In this document: positions 1 through 9,619 of the stretch, one piece after another
Layout of the letters: each line of letters begins with the position of its first letter
Position numbering within the stretch: position 1 is the stretch's first letter
NCBI GenBank assembly: GCA_903869345.1
Contig: CAIPYM010000053.1
Coordinates: 98 to 64,097 of the forward strand
Length of the DNA stretch: 64,000 bases
Direction: 5' to 3'
Source: an uncultured Pseudomonadota bacterium
GTDB taxonomy: Bacteria; Pseudomonadota; Alphaproteobacteria; UBA9219
Notes under the pieces: model-generated
The model's input: only the letters and a program-made list of their open reading frames with translations
Told to the model about the DNA's origin: nothing
The model's database searches: none
Position numbers and translations under genes: made by a program

Positions 1-94
1 AAGGCCGGGACCTCGCGCCGCCGAGGAAGAGCCTCACGGCTCCCCGTCCCCAGCCGTCCCTCCCGCGTAAGGACGAGGGGAGGAGATGAGGGTT

Positions 95-631
95 TTAAAG
101 ATTGAGAGCTGGGGCGAAAGGTGTTTTAACACCATTTCCAAGTCCGCCAGGTGTAGAGGGTTGAGGTATTGGCTGCAGCCATGTCTCATCCCCTGGTTCA
201 ACATGCTTCACCCCCGATCTCCTGTCGTCAGCAGACACTTCCCTGTAGCGATCAATGATTGCACGCTGATGCTCAAGGGGCAGCACATTATTGTCAATGC
301 TTGCCAAGAATTCCTTTGCCGCGCCAGGTATCTGTGTACGTGTAAAGGACCCTGCTACGATCAAGTGGGGGAAAATTGGAGTTTGGCCATCAGCTCCTTT
401 CACTCCAGGCTCTGTTGTCTGTGTGAGTGTCCAAGAACTTCCTTGTGCCTCGGTGATATTCCTGACACGTGCGTGCAAAAGATCCAGTTCTGTCTGTTCT
501 ACTGCGTTCGAAGCAAGCTTTAGGATCAACCCAATCTCCGCTCCGATTGTGCGCCCTGTGCCCTGATCTCTCACCTCATGGATTTCCACGGCAGTGAGTG
601 GAGTGCTTTCTAACCGTAAACTATAGTGCAT
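95..631 (-). CDS. Orphan hypothetical protein, AT-rich
   Basis: Open frame with GGAGG 5 nt upstream of ATG at 631 (ORF track extends to 643); visibly lower GC than flanks; no recognisable motif. Confidence 0.6.
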   Translation of the reverse strand: MHYSLRLESTPLTAVEIHEVRDQGTGRTIGAEIGLILKLASNAVEQTELDLLHARVRNITEAQGSSWTLTQTTEPGVKGADGQTPIFPHLIVAGSFTRTQIPGAAKEFLASIDNNVLPLEHQRAIIDRYREVSADDRRSGVKHVEPGDETWLQPIPQPSTPGGLGNGVKTPFAPALNL

Positions 632-811
632 TTTTTCCTCCATTAATCCTTAGATTTGGCCCCTCTCTGGTCACGAACACCATCTTACCCTACTCCCCTG
701 CAATTAAAGAGCGGTAAATGCGGCCGTTGGCGCAACAAAAACGGAGGATGGAGGACAGGGGGCGGCTGGGCTCCAGTCGGGTCGTTGTCGTTGCGATACA
801 GGAAAAGCCCT

Positions 812-953
812 TGGATTCCGGCTTCCGCCGGAATGACGGCGGAGGGGACGGGGCAAAAAGAGAAACGTCGTCCCGGCGAAGACCGGGACCTCGAGAGGCT
901 GGGCAGAGCGGTTCACGAATCCCTCGGAATTCCGGCTTTCGCCGGAATGACGG
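812..953. repeat. REP-like family A cluster (GGATTCCGGCTTTCGCCGGAATGACG and CGTCCCGGCGAAGGCCGGGACCTCGAGA units)
   Basis: Palindromic units at 812-839 and 866-953 recur at ~9480, ~10440, ~42830-43140 and ~46911; partial copy at 1-15. Confidence 0.85.
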
Positions 954-1099
954 TTTTCTCTTCTAAGCCCCAGCTTTCGCCGGGGGTTTTTGACTCCCCG
1001 TCCTGTCGCCCGCTAGAAGGTGTCTTCGGGTCGGCTCCTTCAAAGGGGTTGGCCTGGACGCGCGGTCGTCCCAAGTCCACACCGGAATCCGGAGGCCCC

Positions 1100-2551
1100 G
1101 TGATCGTTGACGATACCCTCGAAATGCTGGCGTTCAACCTCAAGTTGGTCGGCCAGAAAACGCGCAAAAACGTCTTGGTCAGCATCGGGACGCCTACGGA
1201 TAAGGAGCGGCTCTTGCCCTCCATCCGGCGTCTGGTGGACCTGGGCAACGTGGCGCTCTACGCGACGCACGGCACGAGCCAGTTTTTGACGACCAGCGGC
1301 GTCGCCAACCAAGAGCTTTTCAAAATCGCGGAAAAGAAGGAGCCCAACATCCGGTCCTTCCTCGCGGGCGACCGGTTTGATTGCGTCATCAACATTCTGG
1401 TGGGCGACCACACCGACGAAACCAGCGACAACCGCTTGATCCGCACCGCGTGCATCGAGCACGGCATTCCGCTCATCACGGACTTGGAGGTGGCCGCCGA
1501 GACCATCCGTTCGCTCGTGTCCGTGGCCGAGCGCAGCCGCGAGGTGTTCCGCTACAAAATCGCGGACCCCGAGCGCCCCTGGGATGCGCGGGCGCATTTT
1601 CTGCAGCATGTGGCCGACCTCGGCGGGTTTGCGTGCTACCACGCGCACTTTGATCGGGCCTACATGATGACGCGCGAGAACCTGAAACTCGCGCACATTG
1701 ATATGCAGAAAAAGTGGGACCTCGTGCGGTATTTCAAGGAGAACTTCACGCCCGAAGACTTGATCATGCGCATGTCCCGGTGCCTGGAGACAATGATCCG
1801 GCAAGGCGTCACGGCGTGCCGCACGCACGTGGACGCGGACAAGACCGTGGGGCTCATGTGCCTGGAGGCGGCGCTGGAGGTGAAAAAACTGTTCGCGGGC
1901 CGCATTCGGTTTCAGATCAGCTTGCAACCCGCGCAGGGGCTGCTCGACCCCGAATCGCGGGCGTTTTACGCCAAGGCCGCCGAGCGTGCGGACTTTCTGG
2001 GGGGCTTGCCCTCGCGCGATCGCCCAACGCCCGAGAAGCACCTGGACATTCTGATGGACCTTGCCAAGAACCTCGGCAAAGGGGTGGACGTCCACATTGA
2101 CCAGGAAAACAACCCCGACGAAAACGAGACGGAGCTGCTCGCCCTCAAGACGATCGAACACGGCCTGGAAGGACGCGTGCAGGGCATTCATGCGATCTCG
2201 CTGGCCAGCAAGCCGGAGCACGAACAAGACCGCATCTTCGCCCTGATGAAAGACGCGGGGCTGGCTGTCATCATCTGCCCCTCGGCGGCGCTCAGCATGA
2301 AGGCACTGCCCAAGTACGCACCCTTGCACAACTCCATCGCGCCCATGCCGCGCCTGCTGGAGGCCGGAATCCCGGTCTACCTCGGCGTGGACAACATCCA
2401 CGATGTCTACATGCCGCTCGTGGATGGCGACCTCTGGTACGAGTGCCGCACGATGATGGAAGCCTGCCGATTCTACGACACCGAGCGTGTTGCATCCCTC
2501 GCCTGCGACAAGCGCGGGTTTGAGGTGGGAACAGTAGGCGTTGTTGGCTGA
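1100..2551 (+). CDS. MGS-like domain fused to a cytosine deaminase-like amidohydrolase
   Basis: GGAGG at 1091 then GTG at 1100; N-terminal YATHGT...DCVINI...IRTACIEHGIPLIT (CarB/MGS-like); C-terminal HAHFD, RTHVD, HIDQ, IHAI, GVDN metal-site motifs. Confidence 0.85.
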   Translation: MIVDDTLEMLAFNLKLVGQKTRKNVLVSIGTPTDKERLLPSIRRLVDLGNVALYATHGTSQFLTTSGVANQELFKIAEKKEPNIRSFLAGDRFDCVINILVGDHTDETSDNRLIRTACIEHGIPLITDLEVAAETIRSLVSVAERSREVFRYKIADPERPWDARAHFLQHVADLGGFACYHAHFDRAYMMTRENLKLAHIDMQKKWDLVRYFKENFTPEDLIMRMSRCLETMIRQGVTACRTHVDADKTVGLMCLEAALEVKKLFAGRIRFQISLQPAQGLLDPESRAFYAKAAERADFLGGLPSRDRPTPEKHLDILMDLAKNLGKGVDVHIDQENNPDENETELLALKTIEHGLEGRVQGIHAISLASKPEHEQDRIFALMKDAGLAVIICPSAALSMKALPKYAPLHNSIAPMPRLLEAGIPVYLGVDNIHDVYMPLVDGDLWYECRTMMEACRFYDTERVASLACDKRGFEVGTVGVVG

Positions 2552-3639
2552 TAAGGAATCCATCCAGGAGGTTCAAGCCTTTTGACGGCGGGTTGCTGGG
2601 TTCCCTCGGGCGTTTGGTAAACGCCGAGCCCACCGAGGAGATTGTGAAGGTAAATGCCCTCGAGTGATTCAGGCAAAAACCTTTGGTCTTCTTCCAATGT
2701 TTGAGCATTATGGAGGACGTCTAATATAGGATTTCCTGACGATGGTGAGCCAGGTGTGTTCATGGCTCGCCGTATATTGCCCCAGGCTGCTTGGAGGGCA
2801 GAGGCGGGAGGTTGAGATGCGCTGTGTACATCTTGTGGCATAAAAGCAAGATTGGCGTATTCGTCATTGTTGGTAATGGCATACATAGCGCGTAGGGAGC
2901 GAAACGCGGGTTCAAAGCGTTCAGCGAGCCTCGAGTTGATGTGACGCACGGTATCGTACGCTATCGCGTCAGCTCTGTATTCATCACTGTATCGAATGTG
3001 GGCGACCTCATGTGCAAGGCTCCATAGTCGTCCATACAAAAGGGCATCATGCGAAAATGACATGGCAATCGTGTGCGGTGCAAAGGCGGCTAGCCCTGTA
3101 AGTGACTTTATGGACGGTACGACATCGTGTGGAGTGACGATGAGACGCAGTACGTTTGCGCCGGCTCCAAGCATAAATGTAGGTGATTGTTCGAAAGATT
3201 TATCTTTTTTGCACAGTTTTTGTGCCGATTCCTCCCATGATTTTTGTAATCCAGCGGGGGCTCTTTGTGGAAAGAGAGCCTTAAATCCGTTTGTGCATTG
3301 TTCTTTATTTCCTGAGCTGATTCCATGAGTGATGTTTGCGGTGTGTTCGTTTGGGGTCGTAATAATAATTGTCGATTTTTCATTTGGAATAACATATTTA
3401 ATAACACGTGCGATCTCATTTCGCCAATTAATGTTTGAACTCACATAAACTCTTGGTAGATTGAAGCCTAAGGGTACGGAGCCCATTTTTGTTGGAGGTG
3501 TAACGACTTGAGCTGAAGTGGGGCTCCCTCTGGGTGTCGTGTGTGGGGTCGGAGCCGCATTCACACCCATGGGTGTCGCTAACGCCATGGCAGCAGCTAG
3601 GAAAGCTCCATGCACAAGAGAAGAACGTTGCCAAGACAT
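2473..3639 (-). CDS. Secreted HEXXH metallopeptidase-like orphan, AT-rich
   Basis: Signal-peptide-like N-terminus ending VNA; AHEVAH followed by EYRAD; GAGG upstream of ATG at 3639. Confidence 0.65.
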   Translation of the reverse strand: MSWQRSSLVHGAFLAAAMALATPMGVNAAPTPHTTPRGSPTSAQVVTPPTKMGSVPLGFNLPRVYVSSNINWRNEIARVIKYVIPNEKSTIIITTPNEHTANITHGISSGNKEQCTNGFKALFPQRAPAGLQKSWEESAQKLCKKDKSFEQSPTFMLGAGANVLRLIVTPHDVVPSIKSLTGLAAFAPHTIAMSFSHDALLYGRLWSLAHEVAHIRYSDEYRADAIAYDTVRHINSRLAERFEPAFRSLRAMYAITNNDEYANLAFMPQDVHSASQPPASALQAAWGNIRRAMNTPGSPSSGNPILDVLHNAQTLEEDQRFLPESLEGIYLHNLLGGLGVYQTPEGTQQPAVKRLEPPGWIPYQPTTPTVPTSNPRLSQARDATRSVS

Positions 3640-3787
3640 CAAATCGCCTCACTGTTCCATTTTATGCGAAAAAACTGAAGAAAAAGTAACGTTTCCATGA
3701 AAAATACTTCAACACATCGGCCAGCTTGACCTTCAGCCCGCGAACGGACAAAACCGGGCGCATCTTTCCTTCTCTTGGAGCCTCCCC

Positions 3788-4663
3788 ATGATCCAACCCG
3801 TTCGCCAAGCCGTGTTTCCCGTTGCGGGTCTCGGGAGCCGCTTTCTGCCCGCGACGAAGGCCATGCCGAAGGAGATGCTCACGCTCGTGGACCGTCCGCT
3901 CATTCAGCACGCGGTGGACGAGGCCAAGGCCGCTGGGATCGAGCGGTTTATTTTTGTGACCAGCCGGGGCAAGGGCTCGTTGGAGGATCACTTCGACGCG
4001 AACAACGACTTGCGCCGGTCGCTCGAAAGCCGGGGGAAAAAGCGCGAGATTGAACTTTTGGACATGACCGAGATTGAATCGGGGCGGTTGGTGTTCACGC
4101 GCCAGCGCGAGCCTCTGGGCCTGGGGCATGCCGTGTGGTGCGCTCGGCATTTGGTGAACAACGAGCCCTTTGCGGTGCTGCTGGCCGACGACGTGGTGTT
4201 GGCCAAGAAGCCCTGTTTGCAGCAGATGATGGGGGCGTACGCGACCGTCGGCGGGAACGTGCTGGCCGTCGTGGACGTGCCGCGCGAGCACACGAGCCGT
4301 TACGGGATTCTGGACGTCGCCAAGACCGACGGGCGCTTGGCCACGGTGAAGGGCCTGGTGGAAAAGCCGAAACCCGAGGACGCGCCGTCCACGCTTTCGG
4401 TCATTGGGCGGTACATCCTGCAGCCCGACATTTTCAACAAACTGGAGGCCAAAAAAGCGGGCGCAGGCGGCGAGATTCAGCTGACCGACAGCATCGCGCA
4501 ACTGATCGGCGAGCAACCCGTTCACGGATTTCGGTATGAGGGCGAGCGCTACGACTGTGGCGACCGCGTGGGATTCATCGAGGCCAACGCCGCCTTCGCC
4601 CTCGCTCACCCCGAAATTGGCAGCAAAGTCCGCGTCGCCCTGAAGAGGTTGTTGGAGACGTAA
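3788..4663 (+). CDS. galU: UTP-glucose-1-phosphate uridylyltransferase
   Basis: AVFPVAGLGSRFLPATKAMPKEML, VEKP, GEIQLTD. Confidence 0.97.
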   Translation: MIQPVRQAVFPVAGLGSRFLPATKAMPKEMLTLVDRPLIQHAVDEAKAAGIERFIFVTSRGKGSLEDHFDANNDLRRSLESRGKKREIELLDMTEIESGRLVFTRQREPLGLGHAVWCARHLVNNEPFAVLLADDVVLAKKPCLQQMMGAYATVGGNVLAVVDVPREHTSRYGILDVAKTDGRLATVKGLVEKPKPEDAPSTLSVIGRYILQPDIFNKLEAKKAGAGGEIQLTDSIAQLIGEQPVHGFRYEGERYDCGDRVGFIEANAAFALAHPEIGSKVRVALKRLLET

Positions 4664-4769
4664 GCAAGGATCTTGTCCGAGTCACGAGGAGAGGGGAACG
4701 TTCCCTCTTTGCTCCTCCCCCGTCATCAGCCCTGTTGAAAGGGGGGGGTCAGACCCCTCCCCTCACCCG

Positions 4770-5384
4770 TCAATCGCGAGGTCCCGGAGGGGGCTCCAGA
4801 TCCTCGCCAAGGGCTTCCCGCACATGGCGCAAAAACGCCTCCCGCTCACCCCGCACAAGCAGGGGAAACGCGGTCGGAAGAACCTCCAACAACGGCTGAA
4901 CCCACGTTTTCTCGTCATGACCTGAAAAGGGCCCCAAGACGTAATCCGTCACAGCATCCTGCCGCCCCGGACCTGGGTGGCCGATGCCCATCCGCACGCG
5001 CTCATAGTCGGGCCCCAGCGCCGCATCCAGCGATTTTAGGCCGTTGTGCCCGCCCGCGCCCCCTCCCCGCTTGACCTTGACCCGCCCCGGCACCAAATCC
5101 AGATCATCGTGCAAAACGATCAGGGCCACGGGGGTCAGCCGGAAAAAGCGGAGCGCTTGGACCACCGCCTGCCCCGAGAGGTTCATCATCGTCATGGGCT
5201 TGAGCAGCAGGCACGGAATCCCGGCCAGCACAGCGCTGCAGACCGCCGCGTCAAACTTCGCGCTCCACCGTGCTCCGGGAGGGGCAAGTGTCTCCACCCC
5301 CCGGAACCCGATGTTGTGCCGCGTCCGCGCGTACGCCGCCCCCGGATTACCAAGCCCTACAATCAGACGCTCAGGCTGAGTCAT
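4770..5384 (-). CDS. pth: Peptidyl-tRNA hydrolase
   Basis: IVGLGNPG, TRHNIGF, HDDLDL, GGHNGLKS. Confidence 0.97.
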   Translation of the reverse strand: MTQPERLIVGLGNPGAAYARTRHNIGFRGVETLAPPGARWSAKFDAAVCSAVLAGIPCLLLKPMTMMNLSGQAVVQALRFFRLTPVALIVLHDDLDLVPGRVKVKRGGGAGGHNGLKSLDAALGPDYERVRMGIGHPGPGRQDAVTDYVLGPFSGHDEKTWVQPLLEVLPTAFPLLVRGEREAFLRHVREALGEDLEPPPGPRD

Positions 5385-5411
5385 GGCACACGCGGGGCCG
5401 CGACGATGCCG

Positions 5412-6173
5412 TTATTTCTTCTTGGCCGGAGCCGCCTTGTCAGCCGCCGCTGGAGCCGCCGCTGCCGCTCCCGCCTTGGCACCTGCCGCTGGAGCCGCTG
5501 CCGCATCGGTTGCCGCACCTTCCGCCGCCGTTGCCGCCTCCGCCGTCGCAGCAGCCGCCGCCGCTTCTTGCGCTTCGGACCGGATGGCCGAAGGCACCGC
5601 GATGGTCGCGATGGTGTAGCCCTTCTCCGCCGAGGTAAACGCCGCGCCTTCCGGCAGCTTCAACGATTCCAAATGGATGGCATCACCAATGTCACGACCT
5701 TCCAGACTGACCTCAAACGCCTCGGGAATCTTGTCCGGAGCGCAGAGAATCGCGATCTCGTGGTGCACGATATTGAGCGTACCTCCGCGCTTGATCCCCG
5801 GAGCCTTGTCCGCGTCGATGAAGTGAACCGGCACCGCCACGCGCACTTTCGTGCTGGACGAAACGCGCAGGAAATCCACGTGAATCGGCTTGTCCGACAC
5901 GGGATCGAACTGCGCGTCACGCGGAAGGACGCGGTGCTTTTGCCCTTCGACGTCCACATCAAACAAGTGGGTGAAGAATCCGGAGCGCACGACATGCCGC
6001 GCCAAAACGGTTTCGGCCAAGCTGATCGCCATCGGCGCTTGCTTGGCCCCGTAAATCACGGCGGGCACGCGACCCGCACGGCGGAGCGCATGGGAGGAGC
6101 CTTTGCCCGCTTTGCCGCGCTTTTCAGCTTCGAGCGTGGTGGTCGACGGAACGTTTTCTTTGTGCGTGGTCAT
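5412..6173 (-). CDS. rplY: 50S ribosomal protein L25/Ctc with Ala-rich tail
   Basis: LRRAGRVPAVIYG, HVDFLRV; located between prs and pth. Confidence 0.96.
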   Translation of the reverse strand: MTTHKENVPSTTTLEAEKRGKAGKGSSHALRRAGRVPAVIYGAKQAPMAISLAETVLARHVVRSGFFTHLFDVDVEGQKHRVLPRDAQFDPVSDKPIHVDFLRVSSSTKVRVAVPVHFIDADKAPGIKRGGTLNIVHHEIAILCAPDKIPEAFEVSLEGRDIGDAIHLESLKLPEGAAFTSAEKGYTIATIAVPSAIRSEAQEAAAAAATAEAATAAEGAATDAAAAPAAGAKAGAAAAAPAAADKAAPAKKK

Positions 6174-6204
6174 GGTGGTGTCCCCTTAACGTGTCTGGAA
6201 GATG

Positions 6205-6240
6205 GCTTTTGATCGGCCTCCAGGGGTGCCGAACGAAAGG
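6205..6240 (-). promoter_or_regulatory. Candidate rplY leader hairpin (TCGGC-ACCCCTGGAG-GCCGA)
   Basis: Short stem ~40 nt upstream of rplY; resembles a motif I recall upstream of alphaproteobacterial rplY (not verified). Confidence 0.35.
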
Positions 6241-6295
6241 CGCGAACGTCATGGCCCGCCGCGCAAGGCCTTTGGGTCCCCAGGACCTGGGGGCC

Positions 6296-7252
6296 CTAGT
6301 TGAACAAACTCGAAATCGAGGTCTCTCCGCTGATGCGCCGAATGGCCTCGGCCAAAAGCGGCGCGAGGCTGATATGACGAATCTTGGCCGAGGCCGCCGT
6401 TGCAGGCGTTGAGGGAATCGAATCCGTCACCACCAGTTCCTCCATCGGCGAGGCGTTGATCCGCGCCACGGCCTCGCCCGAAAACACACCGTGCGTCACG
6501 TAGGCCGAAACGCTCGTGGCCCCTGCCTCGCGCAGAGCCGTGGCCGCGTTGCAGAGCGTCCCCGCGCTGTCCACAATATCATCCAGCATCACGCACACGC
6601 GACCCTTCACGTCGCCGATGATGTTCATGACTTCCGATTCGCCCGCCTGCTCGCGCCGCTTGTCAATGATCGCCAAGTCCGCGCCGATGCGCTTGGCCAG
6701 CGCCCGCGCCCGCACAACCCCGCCCACATCCGGCGAGATAATCACCATGTCCTCGGGTTTGGTGCCCTTCTTCAGAACATGTTCTTGAAGATCGCGCACA
6801 AACACGGGCGCGGCGTGCAAGTTGTCCAAGGGGATATCGAAAAAGCCCTGAATTTGCCCCGCGTGCAAGTCCACGGTCAGCACGCGATGGGCCCCCGCCA
6901 CCGTGATGAGGTTCGCGACCAGCTTGGCCGTGATGGGCGTTCGCGGCCCCGTGCGGCGATCCTGCCGTCCGTAGCCATAGTAAGGAACAACCGCCGTAAT
7001 GCGCCGCGCCGAGCTCCGACGCAGCGTGTCGATCATGACAAGCAGCTCCATCAGGGAATCGTTGGCCGGAAAGCAGATCGGCTGAAGCACAAAGGCGTCT
7101 TCCCCGCGCACGTTGTCAAAGACTTCAACAAACACTTCCATGTCGGCAAACCGCCGAACGCTGGCCTCGGCAAGCGGAAGCCCCAACTGGCGCGCCATCT
7201 CTTCGGCCAAGGGGCGGTTGCTATTGCCCGCAAGAAGTTTGATGCCTGACAT
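6296..7252 (-). CDS. prs: Ribose-phosphate pyrophosphokinase
   Basis: [30 protein letters not shown]. Confidence 0.98.
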   Translation of the reverse strand: MSGIKLLAGNSNRPLAEEMARQLGLPLAEASVRRFADMEVFVEVFDNVRGEDAFVLQPICFPANDSLMELLVMIDTLRRSSARRITAVVPYYGYGRQDRRTGPRTPITAKLVANLITVAGAHRVLTVDLHAGQIQGFFDIPLDNLHAAPVFVRDLQEHVLKKGTKPEDMVIISPDVGGVVRARALAKRIGADLAIIDKRREQAGESEVMNIIGDVKGRVCVMLDDIVDSAGTLCNAATALREAGATSVSAYVTHGVFSGEAVARINASPMEELVVTDSIPSTPATAASAKIRHISLAPLLAEAIRRISGETSISSLFN

Positions 7253-7417
7253 CGCGTTTCCCTCACCCTAGCGCCTTGAGGACCCAAGGCGCTTCCGGGC
7301 AGGCGGTGTATACCAGCCCCCGAAGGAGCCTGTAAATCGGCTTTTTATTTGCCTTATTTGACCCCAGGGCGAGGGGTACGGTACGAAACGGGACGATCCA
7401 CCAAACGGTGAGGGGTT

Positions 7418-8305
7418 ATGCGTCAAGATCGGCTTTGTATTGCACTTCAGAAAAGCGGCCGTCTGGCCGAGGAAAGCCTTGCGCTGCTCAAAGCGTGCGG
7501 GCTGCACATCGCACGCGGCAAGGACCAGCTGCTTGTGCGCGTGCGGGAGATTCCGCTGGACGTCCTGTTTGTGCGCGACGACGACATCCCCGCGTTCGTG
7601 AGCCGGGGAGTCTGCGGCCTCGGGATTGTTGGCGAAAACGTGTTTCAGGAGCGGCGTCTTGAAGACAGCTCTGGCTTCCACGCGACCATCCTGCAGCGCC
7701 TTGGCTTTTCCGCCTGCCGCCTCGCTTTGGCCGCGCCGGAGGAAGGCCCCATCACCACGCCCGAGACCCTCGCGGGCAAGACCGTGGCCACAACCTACCC
7801 GCACCTTTTGGGCGCGTTTTTGCGCGAGCGCCATCTTGACGCGACGGTCCTGACGATGAACGGCTCGGTCGAGGTCGCTCCGCGCCTCAAGATCGCGGAC
7901 GCTATTTGCGACCTGGTGGCCTCGGGCGCCACGCTCGCCGCGAACGGTCTGCGGGAGATCACCACCGTCCTCAACAGCGAGGCCCTGCTGATCCGCCCGG
8001 ACATCCCCCTGTCGCCCGCGCACGAATCCGTCATCACGCGCCTTCTGACTCGCATCAAGGGCACCCTGCAGGCCGAGGACAGCAAATACATCATGCTGCA
8101 CGCCCCGCGCGACCATCTGGCCGCTATCACGGCGCTTTTGCCGGGGTGCGAGAGCCCGACGGTCCTGCCCCTCCAAGGGTCCCCCGACAAAGTGGCCGTC
8201 CACGCCGTCTGCCGTGAGACCGTGTTCTGGGAGACGATGGAGCAGCTCAAAGCCGCCGGAGCAAGCTCCATCCTCATCCTGCCCATCGAAAAGATGATGG
8301 GGTAG
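7418..8305 (+). CDS. hisG: ATP phosphoribosyltransferase, long form
   Basis: IALQKSGRL, VRDDDIP, GSVEVAP, C-terminal regulatory domain ending LPIEKMM. Confidence 0.96.
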   Translation: MRQDRLCIALQKSGRLAEESLALLKACGLHIARGKDQLLVRVREIPLDVLFVRDDDIPAFVSRGVCGLGIVGENVFQERRLEDSSGFHATILQRLGFSACRLALAAPEEGPITTPETLAGKTVATTYPHLLGAFLRERHLDATVLTMNGSVEVAPRLKIADAICDLVASGATLAANGLREITTVLNSEALLIRPDIPLSPAHESVITRLLTRIKGTLQAEDSKYIMLHAPRDHLAAITALLPGCESPTVLPLQGSPDKVAVHAVCRETVFWETMEQLKAAGASSILILPIEKMMG

Positions 8306-8424
8306 CCGACCAAAAGACAGGAATCAGCAATGGTCCTGAATCGTGAACCCAGGCTGTCAACACCCGCAACGTTGGACAGCCCTGGCCGCTTGATGCTGCG
8401 GCGCGGCTATGACAGGGTGCGGCC

Positions 8425-9465
8425 ATGACGGACTCGACTTTCCCTTCCTCGTCCTCGTCTCTGCTCGCGTTGGCGCGGGGACGTTTGACCGACACGCTCA
8501 CCGATGCGCAGTTTCCGGACTGGCCCGGATTCAGCCGGGGCAAGGTGCGCGACATCTACGACCTGCCACCCCCTAAGGGCCAAACCGAGGGGCGTAAACT
8601 CTTGATCGCCACGGACCGCCAAAGCGCCTTTGACAAGGTGTTGGCCGCCGTTCCGTTCAAAGGGCATGTTCTGACGTCCACGGCGAGGTACGGGTTCACG
8701 ACCACGGCCGACATTGTCCCTAACCACGTCCTGGATTACCCCGACCCGAACGTGACGTTGGTGCGCACCCTTCGCATGTTGCCGGTGGAAATCGTCGTGC
8801 GCGACTACCTCACGGGCTCGACGGCGACATCATTGTGGTCCCTGTACGCGCAAGGCGAAGCGCATCCCTACGGCCTCACCCTGCCCGAGGGGTTGCGCAA
8901 GAACGCCAAATTGCCGCAGACGGTCCTCACCCCCACCACCAAGCCGACCGATGGTGGGCACGACCGCCCCCTCACACCTGAGGCCATCACGCAAACGGGC
9001 CTGGTGGACGAACGCCTGTGGGCACAAGTTGCCGAAACCGCCCTGGCCCTTTTTGCCCAAGGACGGGAACGCGCCGCCGCGCGGGGGCTCATTTTGGTGG
9101 ACACCAAATACGAATTCGGCCTGGACGCGAGCGATCGCCTGACCCTGGCCGACGAGATTCACACCCCTGACAGCAGCCGGTATTGGCAGAACGAGACCTA
9201 CGCGGCCCGGCATGCGGCGGGACAAGAGCCCGAAAGTCTTGATAAAGAGTTTCTCCGCCTCTGGATTGCCTCGCGCTGCGATCCTTACAACGAGCCCATT
9301 CCAACGATTCCGCCCGCGACCCTGGCCGAGTTCAGCAGCCTTTACGTCCGCCTTTACGAGACCCTCACGGGCGAGCGTTTTGTCCCGCCGCCCGAATCGC
9401 CCCCCATCCGGGAGCGTGTGCGCCTGGCGCTGGAGCCGTACATTCAGAAGACCGGAATCGCCTAA
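8425..9465 (+). CDS. purC: SAICAR synthetase
   Basis: GKVRDIY, TDRQSAFD, LVDTKYEFG, DEIHTPDSSRYW. Confidence 0.96.
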   Translation: MTDSTFPSSSSSLLALARGRLTDTLTDAQFPDWPGFSRGKVRDIYDLPPPKGQTEGRKLLIATDRQSAFDKVLAAVPFKGHVLTSTARYGFTTTADIVPNHVLDYPDPNVTLVRTLRMLPVEIVVRDYLTGSTATSLWSLYAQGEAHPYGLTLPEGLRKNAKLPQTVLTPTTKPTDGGHDRPLTPEAITQTGLVDERLWAQVAETALALFAQGRERAAARGLILVDTKYEFGLDASDRLTLADEIHTPDSSRYWQNETYAARHAAGQEPESLDKEFLRLWIASRCDPYNEPIPTIPPATLAEFSSLYVRLYETLTGERFVPPPESPPIRERVRLALEPYIQKTGIA

Positions 9466-9479
9466 ACTCCCCCCTTCAG

Positions 9480-9560
9480 CGTCATCCCGGCGAAAGCCGA
9501 GATCCATTTTTGTTTCGACACGGAAAGTGGCCCTGGATTCCGGCTTTCGCCGGAATGACG
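9480..9560. repeat. REP-like family A inverted pair
   Basis: CGTCATCCCGGCGAAAGCCGAGATCCA ... TGGATTCCGGCTTTCGCCGGAATGACG between convergent purC and rsmE. Confidence 0.85.
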
Positions 9561-9619
9561 ACGGTGGGGACAGACTTCACATGGATGATCGTTTGATCCG
9601 GGACTGGCGATAAGTCGGA

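Noticed and set aside
656-1099. N-terminal 148 aa of the 631-aa ORF
   Set aside because: Translates REP palindromes (WIPASAGMT, GIPAFAGMT); a GGAGG and GTG at 1100 mark the likelier start
5420-5580. GCC-rich quasi-repeat
   Set aside because: Encodes the ordinary Ala-rich tail of L25/Ctc
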